A program made the translations under genes and the position numbers. Shown piece by piece: positions 37,604-55,065 of a DNA stretch of 64,000 nt (position 1 is its first letter; each line of letters starts with the position of its first letter). Below the pieces are notes generated by a model that was given only the letters and a program-made list of their open reading frames with translations, did not search any database and was not told the DNA's origin. The stretch spans positions 1-64,000 of the forward strand of contig NIVC01002641.1 in the NCBI GenBank assembly GCA_002269645.1, written 5' to 3'. The DNA comes from Macrostomum lignano (taxonomy: Eukaryota).

Positions 37604-38964
37604 GATTGTTGTTGGGTCAAAAATTGCGATTTCCACTAAGTAGGAAATGGACAAAAGTATTTGTCTATGGCCGAAACTTATAGAATCAAGCCTGGTTTGA
37701 CCCTGTCAAACGATTTTAACGGTTGTTGATTGATGTGGATTTGATTTTTGCTAAAAATCGAGCCCCAGCTGGGCACGGGCTTAATTTACAAAAAAATTAG
37801 TGGAAATCGTAATTTTTGGCATGTAACCTAGAATAGACATTCAACTGTTTTCTGATGCGTTAAAGGATACTCTTTTCAGCTGACTAGTAATTTGAATATG
37901 TCTAGTGATGCCAGTATATGAGCAAGATGTAGGGACTAAATGATCACTACCCAACTAGCAGCTATGCCGATACTGACTGCCGACCTTAGGAGGCGACGGA
38001 ATTGGCAGTGTAATGTCTCTCTCCGGTTGTGTGACTATATCGTCTAAAGTGCGTCAGGGTGCACGCAGCTCCTGACTCTAATTGAGAACCAAAACCTAAA
38101 CCCTCATCCTAACCTAAACCTTAGTGGGGGCATTTCCGTCCCTTAATTTCTAGTCGGGCGCCCCGAAAAGGGGGGCACTAGATTGCTAGTCCTAACCTAA
38201 CTGAATATTGCTAATATTAACGAAAACGAATTGCTTCAATTCTTACATACACTCGATTGTCGTATCAGCTTGCCAAGTACAAGCAAAGTTAGACGAATTA
38301 AAAAAAAACAGTGCGAGTCTGTAGAGCGGAGTTTTTGTACAGTAAAGTCAATCTTACTGTAGTGGCTGTCTCATTCATAGTTTTCATAATCGATTCCGTA
38401 AATATTAATCCTGAATACTCGTAAGTAAATTTTCAAGAAATTGTTATTGTGCAATCATTATATAATACTTCAAGTAGATACTTCAGCAATTCTATGAGTA
38501 AAAGTAAGCACCTTTTTGGCATCGAAATGTATAATTATTCATTTAATTATAGCATAAATTAGTCAGGTTTCAGCTGTGATCCTTATGTTTGATTGTAACT
38601 ACCAATTAGCTACATGTAAACGTATGTGCTCTAGCAGAAGAAATGCTTCATTTTGTCCTTCCTTCCTTTTTCTTCCTCTGTTAACCCGAAATTCATTATA
38701 GGAATCACATTGAAGTACTCGATTGTCACAAAAAACGATTTGATTGATTTACGAAGAGTACAATGCAAAGTGCTAACTGTGGAGTAGGTCCGTATAACCA
38801 CTGCATCTGGACCGGAACGCAAGGTCATTTCTAATGCTAGTGCTACTGTCTGATGCCTACCTTATAAGATTTTATTTCATGGCTATTTCATTTTATTCAT
38901 TCATTCATTTTTCTTTATTCATTCATTTTATTCATTCATTTTATTTCGTGTCTGCAGTCTGCAG

Positions 38965-39445
38965 CGCCAAAATGAGTGATAGTGGCCCAAAATGAGTGAT
39001 AGTGGTGCCAAAATGAGTGATAGTGGTGCCAAAATGAGTGATAGTGGCCCAAAATGAGTGATAGTGGCCCAAAATGAGTGATAGTGGCCCAAAATGAGTG
39101 ATAGTGGCCCAAAATGAGTGATAGTGGTGCCAAAATGAGTGATAGTGGTGCCAAAATGAGTGATAGTGGTGCCAAAATGAGTGATAGTGGTGCCAAAATG
39201 AGTGATAGTGGTGCCAAAATGAGTGATAGTGGCCCAAAATGAGTGATAGTGGCCCAAAATGAGTGATAGTGGCCCAAAATGAGTGATAGTGGCCCAAAAT
39301 GAGTGATAGTGGTGCCAAAATGAGTGATAGTGGTGCCAAAATGAGTGATAGTGGTGCCAAAATGAGTGATAGTGGTGCCAAAATGAGTGATAGTGGTGCC
39401 AAAATGAGTGATAGTGGCCCAAAATGAGTGATAGTGGTGCCAAAA
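38965..39445. repeat. 20-21-bp minisatellite (CCAAAATGAGTGATAGTGGTG / ...GGC)
   Basis: Tandem units of two variants. Confidence 0.96.
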
Positions 39446-40079
39446 AGAGTTAAAACGGCGCCAAAATGAAGATCTGGTCTGAATTGGCAAAATCAATACA
39501 ATACCATGCAGTAGCACTTATTGGCAAAATAGAATATACAATTTTTTTTGCTCTATTTTCACGCATTGTCTTCCCCCAAGATGAGACCCACAGCAACGCC
39601 TCAGCCTCCAGCCCAGACATTTGTTAGCTGCATCGGATAAAATTCAGACAATCGCGAAAAAAACGGACGACAAAATGCGAAAGCTGGCTTGACCTTTGTG
39701 AGCCTAGAGCTTTTGACAACAGTAATGTTAATCACATGCTCTCTCGTTTGCTCAGGTTGGAAGAGCTGAGAGCAGTAAGACCTCATATGGGAGTTGTTGT
39801 ACATGTACTCACCAATGTACGGGCAGTCCACAGCTGAGTTGGGTTAAGAAAGGAAAGGATTCAGATTATATGCCAGACTATAGCGCACATTCAAGCAAGA
39901 GAATGAGGGGAGAAGAGAGGAAACTACACAGGGGGAGATAGGGGAGGAGAGAGGCTGTATATACTTTACTTAACGACTGACTGACGTGTTTCATTTATTA
40001 CAAGCGCTCAGAACCGCCAGATCAGGTGTTAGTGACAGAGTTAGATTCGTAAAGCAGAAATTAATACTTCCTGCAGACA

Positions 40080-41279
40080 ATGCCAGTTATGCCCAGAATG
40101 AAGCGTCTAACACCGCTAGCTATCCTGGCTATCATATTCATGGCAATCTACTTACTACTGTCACCGACAACGCCCAGCGTTATACTCAGATACATTCAAG
40201 ACAGAGAGTTGAACATCAGGCTTCCATTGCTGCCAGATGTTGACAATCTTGAAGAATGCGCCGCACTCAACGAGCTTCGCAACGTGAACTTCGCAGATTC
40301 CAGACTGCAGCACCGGCTGTGCGAAGACTCGACAGCCTACAAGCTTGTTAATGGTAGATACCCATTGTGCCAGCTGAATAGGAACCTGCCAACTCAGTTC
40401 TACAGAATAGTCAGAAAGGGCTCCAGATTGGCCAGCATGATGCGCGTGACTGGCGCCGGTTTCATACCAATTTACACCTTCGACAATGACGATTTGATTT
40501 CCAAAGTGTTGCTAAACCAACAGGCCTGGGAGCCGGCGCAGATCTGGACGATGCTGAAGCTGTTGAAGAAATTCGATCCGGGCTCGGTGACATTCCTTGA
40601 CATCGGCAGCAGCCTGGGCGCGTACAGTCTACAAGTCAGAGCCGAAGGCATCCCAGTAGTGGCTGTCGACGCAAATATTCGCGCTTTAATCCGGCTGCAG
40701 TTATCGGCTAAGGAGCTCGGAGTCCTTGACGACAATTTGAAACTGTTCTGGTGCTTCATCAACGACAAAGTCGCTCTGAAACGGATCAGCTGGAGCGCAG
40801 ACAACATCAGTTGCAACGCTGGCAGCGCATCGAGCGGATTATCTGGCTGGAGACAGCAGGTGAGCAAGATCATCCACGACACAATTCCCGTAATGACAGT
40901 TCGAGCTGACGAGCTCCGAGAGCACATCCATACTAAAAAAGTTATCGTGAAGATGGACATCGAGTCCGGGGAATACGTGTTCATGAAGACCGGGCGGACA
41001 CTGTTTGAACAATTCGACATCCTGGCGCTGCAGATGGAGTTCTGGCGCGGCTCGGGCGAGCCGCCGCACTCTTCACTCTACTACAAATCGGTGACGAGTT
41101 TCATGACGGCAAGGAACTACTCGCTGATATCCGCTATAGACTATCGAGTCCAGGATTTATCCACTTTTACCGAATGGGACGGCATCTGGGTTAAAAATGA
41201 CTTTTTGCACGAGGTTGTTGCACTGAACCGCGGAGAAATGGATAATATCAATGTTGCTAAACCAGCCGACAGCCTGTAA
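40080..41279 (+). CDS. Type II membrane FkbM-family (Methyltransf_21-like) SAM-dependent methyltransferase, intronless, 399 aa
   Basis: N-terminal TM LAILAIIFMAIYLLL; motif I VTFLDIGSSLGAYSL; VVAVDAN; VIVKMDIESGE and ILALQMEF typical of FkbM C-terminal strands. Confidence 0.8.
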   Translation: MPVMPRMKRLTPLAILAIIFMAIYLLLSPTTPSVILRYIQDRELNIRLPLLPDVDNLEECAALNELRNVNFADSRLQHRLCEDSTAYKLVNGRYPLCQLNRNLPTQFYRIVRKGSRLASMMRVTGAGFIPIYTFDNDDLISKVLLNQQAWEPAQIWTMLKLLKKFDPGSVTFLDIGSSLGAYSLQVRAEGIPVVAVDANIRALIRLQLSAKELGVLDDNLKLFWCFINDKVALKRISWSADNISCNAGSASSGLSGWRQQVSKIIHDTIPVMTVRADELREHIHTKKVIVKMDIESGEYVFMKTGRTLFEQFDILALQMEFWRGSGEPPHSSLYYKSVTSFMTARNYSLISAIDYRVQDLSTFTEWDGIWVKNDFLHEVVALNRGEMDNINVAKPADSL

Positions 41280-41664
41280 CTGTAAGACCCGTAGCTGTCT
41301 GAGAAAGCATTCAAACCTCAAAAGCCTTCAAAAAATTCCGAGAAAGTGTCCTTAATTTTAAGTACACTGGTCCTTGGCACACGCATGCACTTATCAAGAC
41401 ATTCTTTTTGCTTCATTGATGGACATCTACTTGCACGAGTATCACGTAACACATACATGCAACAGTAACTGTATATCAAGTTAAAATCAAATTTAATGTT
41501 CAAATATACGACATGGAAACCTAATCTAAATGCTGACAAACGAGAGTTGTTGCATAATTGCATAAGTTGTTGCCTTTTTTACAAATCAATGTAAACGTAT
41601 CTCCCTTTAAGAAGACAAATAACTAGCTACCGTGCACTGTTGTTAAATCGAGGGTCCTACAGCA

Positions 41665-43102
41665 TTGGGTGCTGTTCAATCTATGGCTCTAAAGTGTAGG
41701 GTGTTGTTTAATCCAAGGTCCAACAGCATGGGGTGCTGTTCAATCCAGGGTCCAACAGCATGGGGGCATGGGGTACTGTTCAATCCTGGGTCCAACAGCA
41801 TGGGGGCATGGGGTGCTGTTCAATCCAGGTTCTAAAGTGTAGGTTGCTGTTCAATCCGGGGTCCAACAGCATGGGGTGCTGTTCAATCCCGGGTTCGACA
41901 GCATGGGGTGCTGTTCAATCTAGGGTCCAACAGCAGGCTGCTGTTCAATCCAGGGTCCAACAGCATGGCTGCTGTTCAATCCAGGGTCCAACAGCATGGC
42001 TGCTGTTCAATCCAGGGTCTTACAGCATGGCTGCTGTTCAATCCAGGGTCCAACAGCATGGCTGCTGTTCAATCCAGGGTCCTACAGCATGGCTGCTGTT
42101 CAATCCAGGGTCCTTCAGCATGGGGTGCTGTTCAATCCATAGTCCTACAGTGTGGGGTGCTGTTCAATCCAGGGTCCAACAGCATGGGGTGCTGTTCAAT
42201 CCATAGTCCTACAGTGTGGGGTGCTGTTCAATCCAGGGTCCAACAGCATGGGGTGCTGTTCAATCCATAGTCCTACAGTGTAGGTTGCTGTTCAATCCGG
42301 GGTCCAACAGCATGGGGTGCTGTTCAATCCCGGGTCCAGCAGCATGGGGTGCTGTTCAATCTAGGGTCCAACAGCAGGCTGCTGTTCAATCCAGGGTCCA
42401 ACAGCATGGCTGCTGTTCAATCCAGGGTCCAACAGCATGGCTGCTGTTCAATCCAGGGTCTTACAGCATGGCTGCTGTTCAATCCAGGGTCCAACAGCAT
42501 GGCTGCTGTTCAATCCAGGGTCCTACAGCATGGCTGCTGTTCAATCCAGGGTCCTTCAGCATGGGGTGCTGTTCAATCCATAGTCCTACAGTGTGGGGTG
42601 CTGTTCAATCCAGGGTCCTTCAGCATGGGGTGCTGTTCAATCCATAGTCCTACAGTGTGGGTGCTGTTCAATCCCGGATCTTAAAGTATGGGGTGCTGTT
42701 CAATCCCGAATCTTACAGTGTGGGGTGCTGTTCAATCCCGGATCTTACAGTGTGGGGTGCTGTTCAATCCCGGATCTTACAGTGTGGGGTGCTGTTCAAT
42801 CCCGGATCTTACAGTGTGGGGTGCTGTTCAATCCCGGATCTTACAGTGTGGGGTGCTGTTCAATCCCGGATCTTACAGTGTGGGGTGCTGTTCAATCCCG
42901 GATCTTAAAGTATGGGGTGCTGTTCAATCCCGGATCTTACAGTGTGGGGTGCTGTTCAATCCCGGATCTTACAGTGTGGGGTGCTGTTCAATCCCGGATC
43001 TTACAGTGTGGGGTGCTGTTCAATCCCGGATCTTAAAGTATGGGGTGCTGTTCAATCCCGGATCTTACAGTGTGGGGTGCTGTTCAATCCCGGATCTTAC
43101 AG
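41665..43102. repeat. 31-33-bp minisatellite (GCTGTTCAATCCAGGGTCCAACAGCATG grading into GTGCTGTTCAATCCCGGATCTTACAGTGTGGG)
   Basis: About 45 units; the left half contains a larger duplicated block and the right half is homogenised. Confidence 0.96.
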
Positions 43103-43844
43103 CGTACGTGATTGTGGGTTCCTGCTTAAACTTAAGGATCGAAGTTTATGAAAAAAAACTAGAGCCAAAAAGGCAATAAATTTTATCCAGAAATCACAAG
43201 ATAGGCACAAAGCACTCAAATCTTTGACAGTTTGCCAAAAGAAAACGAAAAAATGTATTTAACCCGGTTAACATAATCATCCACAGTAGGCAAAATGATT
43301 TTCAGTGGCGTAACGCATATTTTGTTGCTTTTAACAATGAATCATAATCAGGATTAGACATAATAACTATATTCAATACACCATAACAGATGAAAATTCA
43401 CTACGGGCACTCGGCATTACTATGTATTACCATCATTATTCAAACAGCCAAAATGCGTAGAAGCGACGAGGAACAGAAGCAAAAAAATGCATTTGGGTGT
43501 TTTGGTTGCCCCGGTTATATATGATTCTAAATTTGGAGAATTCCATTGAAAGGAATAAAAAATTAATATCCGCTGGAGAATAGCAGAGTGTAGAAGGAAA
43601 TCCTCTGCGGTGAATTAGATGAGATAAAGGGCGATTCTCTGCAGGGAATTAGACGGGGTAGAAGGCGATTCTCTGCAGGATATTAGACTTGTTACGCGAA
43701 TTTTGGCGTGGAATTAAAAGAAGCAGATTTTTCTGATTTATTAAAGAATAACTGATCCCTTTTTGATTCTCAGCACAAAAGAAATTCTGACGACATAAAG
43801 AGATAATCTGAGACTCACACGGATCAATCAGTAATACCCGGTAG

Positions 43845-44243
43845 TTAAGCAGCCTCATTATCATTAATCAGCATATTCGGTATGCCCTTAGCAATGGGAA
43901 ACTCTCGGCCAGTCTCCGGACAGACCAAGCATCCCTCGATCACATCCAGCTGCATCAGGGCGATGTGAGCTTTGCGCAGAAAGTCTTCATTGTTGGCGTA
44001 ATCGTCTGGAACAGTGGGTGGCAGTTCAGGCAGCGGATCCTGCAGCAGATCCGGCTGATTCAAGCACTGCACGGCCGCTGTAACCCCAGACCAGTCAAGC
44101 CTTGGCAGCATGTGAACTACAAATCCGGCATCAAATTCTACAGGTTGCAGTTCAACTTTGGTTGCCCGTAGCAACAAGGGATAGCCTTTTTTAACACCTT
44201 TAATCATTGCTGAGGTGAGCATGTTGTGCAGGATAAGTTTCAT
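43845..44243 (-). CDS. TRMT112: Multifunctional methyltransferase subunit TRM112, single exon, 132 aa
   Basis: MKLILHNML...GYPL...FLRKAHIALMQLDVIEGCLVCPETGREFPIAKGIPNML is the Trm112 signature. Confidence 0.97.
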   Translation of the reverse strand: MKLILHNMLTSAMIKGVKKGYPLLLRATKVELQPVEFDAGFVVHMLPRLDWSGVTAAVQCLNQPDLLQDPLPELPPTVPDDYANNEDFLRKAHIALMQLDVIEGCLVCPETGREFPIAKGIPNMLINDNEAA

Positions 44244-44631
44244 GTTTGATATTTTGAAGATTTATTTGGCATGAATTTGAATTTTTAGGTAGCTTAAAAG
44301 TTGCACTAGTTTCAGTATAGTTAACTAAAAACAATTTTATAATCTGTAAATTTAATTATAGCTATTGGTCAATTTTGAAGTCCTATAAAAATTGTGTTAT
44401 GCAACAAATTCATGAAAATCCACGAAAATCCAATTTTTTAGATAGCACCAAACAATAGATAGGATAAAATCCCTATTTTAATATCCTAGGGTATTAGAAA
44501 TCTACACATTTCCAAAAAAGATACCATAATTTAGAAATCCTAGCAAAAATTAGAATCCCAATCCTAAAAATGTAAATTCCATCCAGTCTCTATCAAATAG
44601 GCCTTAAAAAGCAAATAAGTATTAAGCATAT

Positions 44632-44958
44632 ATATATATATACATATGCATACACGCGCAACAGTCGGCCGAGTCGGTCGATCCGGCCGACCGATTTGGC
44701 GGCCAACCAAGGAAGTCGCAAAAATGCCCACCCGAAAAAATACCAAAGTAGTAGTACTAAGTAACTGACGAGGCATTTTTACTTGATAAGCCAGTTATAG
44801 TTACTCCTGCAGTTTACCCAAAGTTGCGTTAATTTTGCGTTAGGGTTTTTTTACATTCGCATTTTTGGCCAAAAACTACGTCGCATTTTTTTTAAAACTA
44901 AGTCGCATGGCCGACCGAATTTTGGAGGTTGCGCATGTATGTACATATGCATATATAT
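44632..44958. mobile_element. Possible MITE with imperfect ~28-bp TIRs embedded in (TA)n
   Basis: TATATACATATGCATACACGCGCAAC on the left versus GTTGCGCATGTATGTACATATGCATATATA on the right; internal GGCCGACCGA repeats. Confidence 0.4.
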
Positions 44959-44984
44959 ACACACACTATATATACACACACTAT

Positions 44985-45742
44985 TGTAGTGAGCCGCTAG
45001 TTTATGGTTAGGCGTCGCCCTTGTCAGCTGTTCCCTCGCCTCCGCCCTGGGTTGCTGTCTGCCGCTGGTCAGCTTCCCGCCCCTCCCTTTCGTTTGTCTG
45101 CTGCTGCCCTTGGCCTGTTCTGGCCTTCTGCATCTCTGTTTCGCTCCCGTCCCGTTTTCCCTGTCTTGTGAGCAAGTCACATGACAGTTCTTGCGTTCTT
45201 TGAGTCTTAAAGTGCAGTAAACATGTTTACTGCACTCGTTGGCCCTGTTTACCGGGTGAGTCACGTGCTTTCGGACCCCTCCCTTCTCTAAGGAGAGGAG
45301 TGACTCATGTTGCTAAAAAATGCTAAGAGTATGGCCGGGGACCTCAAGTGACGTCAGTTCTAAAAATAGAACAAGTCACGAGGTCTTCCGCACGCTTGTA
45401 CCCTGCCCAAGACTCTCGAGTGACGTCAGTTCTAAAAATAGAACGAGTCACGAGGTCTTCTGCGTGGGTGTTTCCCGGCTATAAATAGGAGCTCTCTCCC
45501 CCTTGCTTCCGTCAAGGAGTCTTGTTCCGTGCTAGTCTAGTTCTGTGCTAGTCTTGTTCTTCCCGAGATCACGTCCTGAGTGTCTGAGCCTCTGCATACA
45601 TTGAGTCTGTTCGTATTGGTCTGACTGAGACCCGACTAAAGCGCCACAAGCCTACGAGAGGCTAACTCAGCCCTCCCTCCGCCATCCAAGCCCGGCAGGT
45701 ACTGCTGACGAGACGCCTAGTACGTTGAACTGCAATTCTGCA
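44985..45742 (+). mobile_element. Probable 5' LTR of a Ty3/gypsy element
   Basis: Starts TGTA, ends CA, followed 2 nt later by PBS-like TGGTGCTGTG (45745); contains a duplicated ~47-bp block with TGACGTCA and a TATAAAT box at 45480; no partner LTR in the window. Confidence 0.65.
45301..45486 (+). promoter_or_regulatory. LTR U3 enhancer/promoter: AP-1-like TGACTCA (45301), two CRE palindromes TGACGTCA (45349, 45421), TATA box (45480)
   Basis: Motifs read directly; function inferred. Confidence 0.5.
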
Positions 45743-45961
45743 CTTGGTGCTGTGTTCGTTGACTTCGTTATTTCGTTCCGACGGGAAGCTCACCTCACCG
45801 AAGGCCGAGACCTGAAGGAACTGGTGGCAGCATTACCTACGCTACTGAGAGTTGAGAGAACTTCCCTCTGAAGAGGCTCGAGACTTAAGGTAATCTTAAG
45901 TGCCTAAACCGGGAAGAAACCCCATTGTACTTCACTATATATACATGTAGCAACTGACAAA

Positions 45962-46310
45962 CATACATGCGCAACCTTGGGAATCACTTGGCCATTTCTA
46001 TTGGCAGCATACACATGTAAGTTGCTATTGGCTGAGAGCAGTCACGTGACAACTATTCCATCCAATAGCGACTTACATGTGTGTGTTGCCAATAGAAAGC
46101 TACATCTTGTTCAGCCGAATGTCTAAAACACCATACAGATCATGCTTGGGCGCAACCTAGGGATTCACCCGGCTGTTTCTATTGGCAACGCACATGTAAG
46201 TCACCATTGGATGGAATAGTAGTCATGTGACTGCTCTCAGCCAATAGCAACTTACATGTATGTGTTGCCAATAGAAACAACCAAGTGATTCCCAAGGTTG
46301 CACATGTATG
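45962..46310. mobile_element. Foldback element with ~135-bp inverted arms, each arm itself quasi-palindromic
   Basis: 45962-46098 is close to the reverse complement of 46176-46310. Confidence 0.8.
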
Positions 46311-46315
46311 ATACA

Positions 46316-52440
<6,125 letters not shown>

Positions 52441-53441
52441 TTGGAAAGTGAGATGAATTTAGAATGGTGAACTTTTAATAGCATAGATTCAGGAAGCTGA
52501 CTTCTATCCAAGCCTGCAGAAAGTCAGCCCAACTATTTTATATACAAATAGAATATATTTTGCAGAGCAGAAAAAAGTGAAGCATGGAATGGGGATACAA
52601 AGAACCTTATAATAGGCCAGCACAATATGAGTCTTTGTCCCCCTAGGCCTTAGGCCCCAGACATACAGATCTCATAGAGGTTAAGCCAACCAATTGGGGC
52701 TTGGCCTATGCCATATAGAGATAGATGACGCATCCCTGCTAAGACAGTGCATCAGATGCTGGGAGACTGTCTGGGGGCAAAGTGCACTCTCTGCCACATA
52801 TATATTATATACTATTATAGGCCCCCTATACTATGTAAAAAAACTATAACTATAAAAGGCTAAAAGGCTAAAAGGCAAACAATAGGCCTACTGCAAAAGA
52901 GAAGAGAAAAACTGAAAAACTAATAATATGAAAATATGAAGCTCGGCAAAAATAAAGAAAACATAGGGCCTAATCTATAAAAATTAGGCCTAGGCCCTAT
53001 TTATAAAAAAACTTTCTGGGCAAAATTCAAAAATGATCACAGTATGGCTAATTGTATGCAAAATGTATGACAAATGGTAAAAATGAAGGATACTAAATAA
53101 AAATTATAACTTTTAAGTTATTTTGATTAAAAAATGATTATTCTTTGAAAGTAAGGTGTCTTTTTATTTTACTTAGGCCCTAGCCTAGGCCCTACTTAGG
53201 CAAGTTAGATTAGGCCTATGCCACCTATCTAATAGGCCTAAAATATTAAAAATTACTAAAAACTAATTAACTTAAATATTACTGGAGGGATATCGGACAT
53301 GGAATGGAATAGAGTCCCTAATTTAATTACTGAAACAGGGTCTAGACTCTAGAGGTAGAGCAAAAAATCAAGACAAAATAAAAACGTCCTTTACAGCTTT
53401 ACTGCTTCATTCATTTATTTAGGAACACTAATAGGCCTAGC

Positions 53442-53593
53442 CAGGCGCGTAGCCAGGATTCACATCAGGGGGAGGGGGACAGAGACATAAATCCATCTCT
53501 GATGGAAGCGATCGAAGCAAAATACAAAGGCAGTAAACCCCCGATTCAGGGCATGTCCCCCGGTGCCGTGTCCCCCCCTTCGCTACGCCCCTG
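53442..53593. mobile_element. hAT-type MITE remnant (CAGGcGCGTAGC...GCTACGCCCCTG)
   Basis: 12-bp TIR with 1 mismatch and G-rich/C-rich subterminal arms; no matching TSD. Confidence 0.5.
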
Positions 53594-54871
53594 CTAATAA
53601 TAGCATAGTGGTGCATTGCCTAGGCATGATTGATGAGTACGCCAGTTACTAAAAATAGGCTAGCCCTAGGCCTACGCCGCCTGCGGCCTGCTTGCTTGGG
53701 CATGACTGACTTTGTTAATGATGAGATCGATGGCTGGCGCAGGCGCAGGCATGTTGATTGACACGACACGTTCTAACTGACTCAAAAGTTCGTGACTTCT
53801 AGAAATATCATTAAATTTCACTATTTTAAATCACTAAAATACAGTAGTAAAATATTAAAATAAGGTTTAATCAATAATCTGTCTGTAAAATAGGTTCTTT
53901 TTGCTAGATTTTTTATTTTTTTGTTTGATGTAATGAGTTGCAACGAGATAATTAAATGCACAAACTTAAAAACACATTTTCTTCGAAAACCGGAAGAAAA
54001 ACATAAATAAATAAACATGATCTAAAAATGTTACATTTAGTAAATTTTATTTTTAGGGAACTTTGCCCTTCTATTTGTAATGTTTATTTTAAATGGGTCA
54101 TGGATTGTAAGGCAAGGCAGGCGGAAGCGTATTTAAAGTGCTCCAAGACCTGCTATTAAGACTTACGACTTAGGATTAGGAATTAGGATCTACAAGCGAA
54201 TTTACTAACAAAATGACAGAAGGGTGCTACTAAGCTGTCGTAGCGTAAGTCTGATCATGCGTCGAAACTTTTGCACTGCAGAGATAGGAGCTAAGAATAA
54301 TCTTATCTTACGATGGCTTTATAGAATGGGCCCATTGAGAGTAACTGTCAACCTAAATAATTTTTGCTTGACCCCTCAGTTATTAAAATGACCTTTCCTG
54401 AGGATGTTCCATCATTGGACAAAATTAATGTTGATAGTTAATTTTATTTTTTTACCTTTATTAAGCAAGTAGCATTGCCAAACTCTTAGATAAACTATAA
54501 GTTGGCATTTTCCTAAAATTTCTTAAAATTAATTTTTTGTCATTCATAATTTTCTCTTAATTTTCTAATTTTCATAATTTTCATATTATATATATCTTAT
54601 TCTAAATTTTAATCAGTAAAATTATTTATGTAAATTTGTTATTTAGGAATAATCACACATGTGTCAATCATTGATAGAAGAAATAGACCTTTGGCTTTTG
54701 GTATAGAGAAATGTGCATATATGCCTAAAATATATATATATATATTATTTATTTATATATATTTATAAGTTAATTTATATATGATAATATTATTTTAGGA
54801 TCTTGCAGGCTTACATAAATATAAATATTTTTATTTCAAGCTCCACATTGCTATTTTTAACTTATTTTTGG

Positions 54872-55065
54872 CAGTAGCGCAACCAGAAATTTTTCAAGGG
54901 GGGGGGCGGATTCTGAGGGTAAAGTCCCGGGAGGGGGGGGGCGGCGGAGGGGTGGCTCTGTTTTTGGCGAAAATTCGCTTGGTCCCCCCTTTGATTTTTT
55001 TTCGGTCCCCCGCCTAAGGGGGGGGCGACCGCCCCCCCCCCGCCCCCCCCTTGGTTGCGCCACTG
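54872..55065. mobile_element. hAT-type MITE with 13-bp TIR and 8-bp TSD
   Basis: CAGTAGCGCAACC...GGTTGCGCCACTG flanked on both sides by ATTTTTGG (54864-54871 and 55066-55073). Confidence 0.88.

Noticed and set aside
32862-37654. Antisense ORFs over the NTPDase exons
   Set aside because: Shadow frames of GC-rich coding sequence, duplicated with the inverted repeat
52600-53700. Cluster of TAGGCCTA palindromes
   Set aside because: Irregular spacing, no boundaries or TSD; treated as low-complexity intergenic sequence
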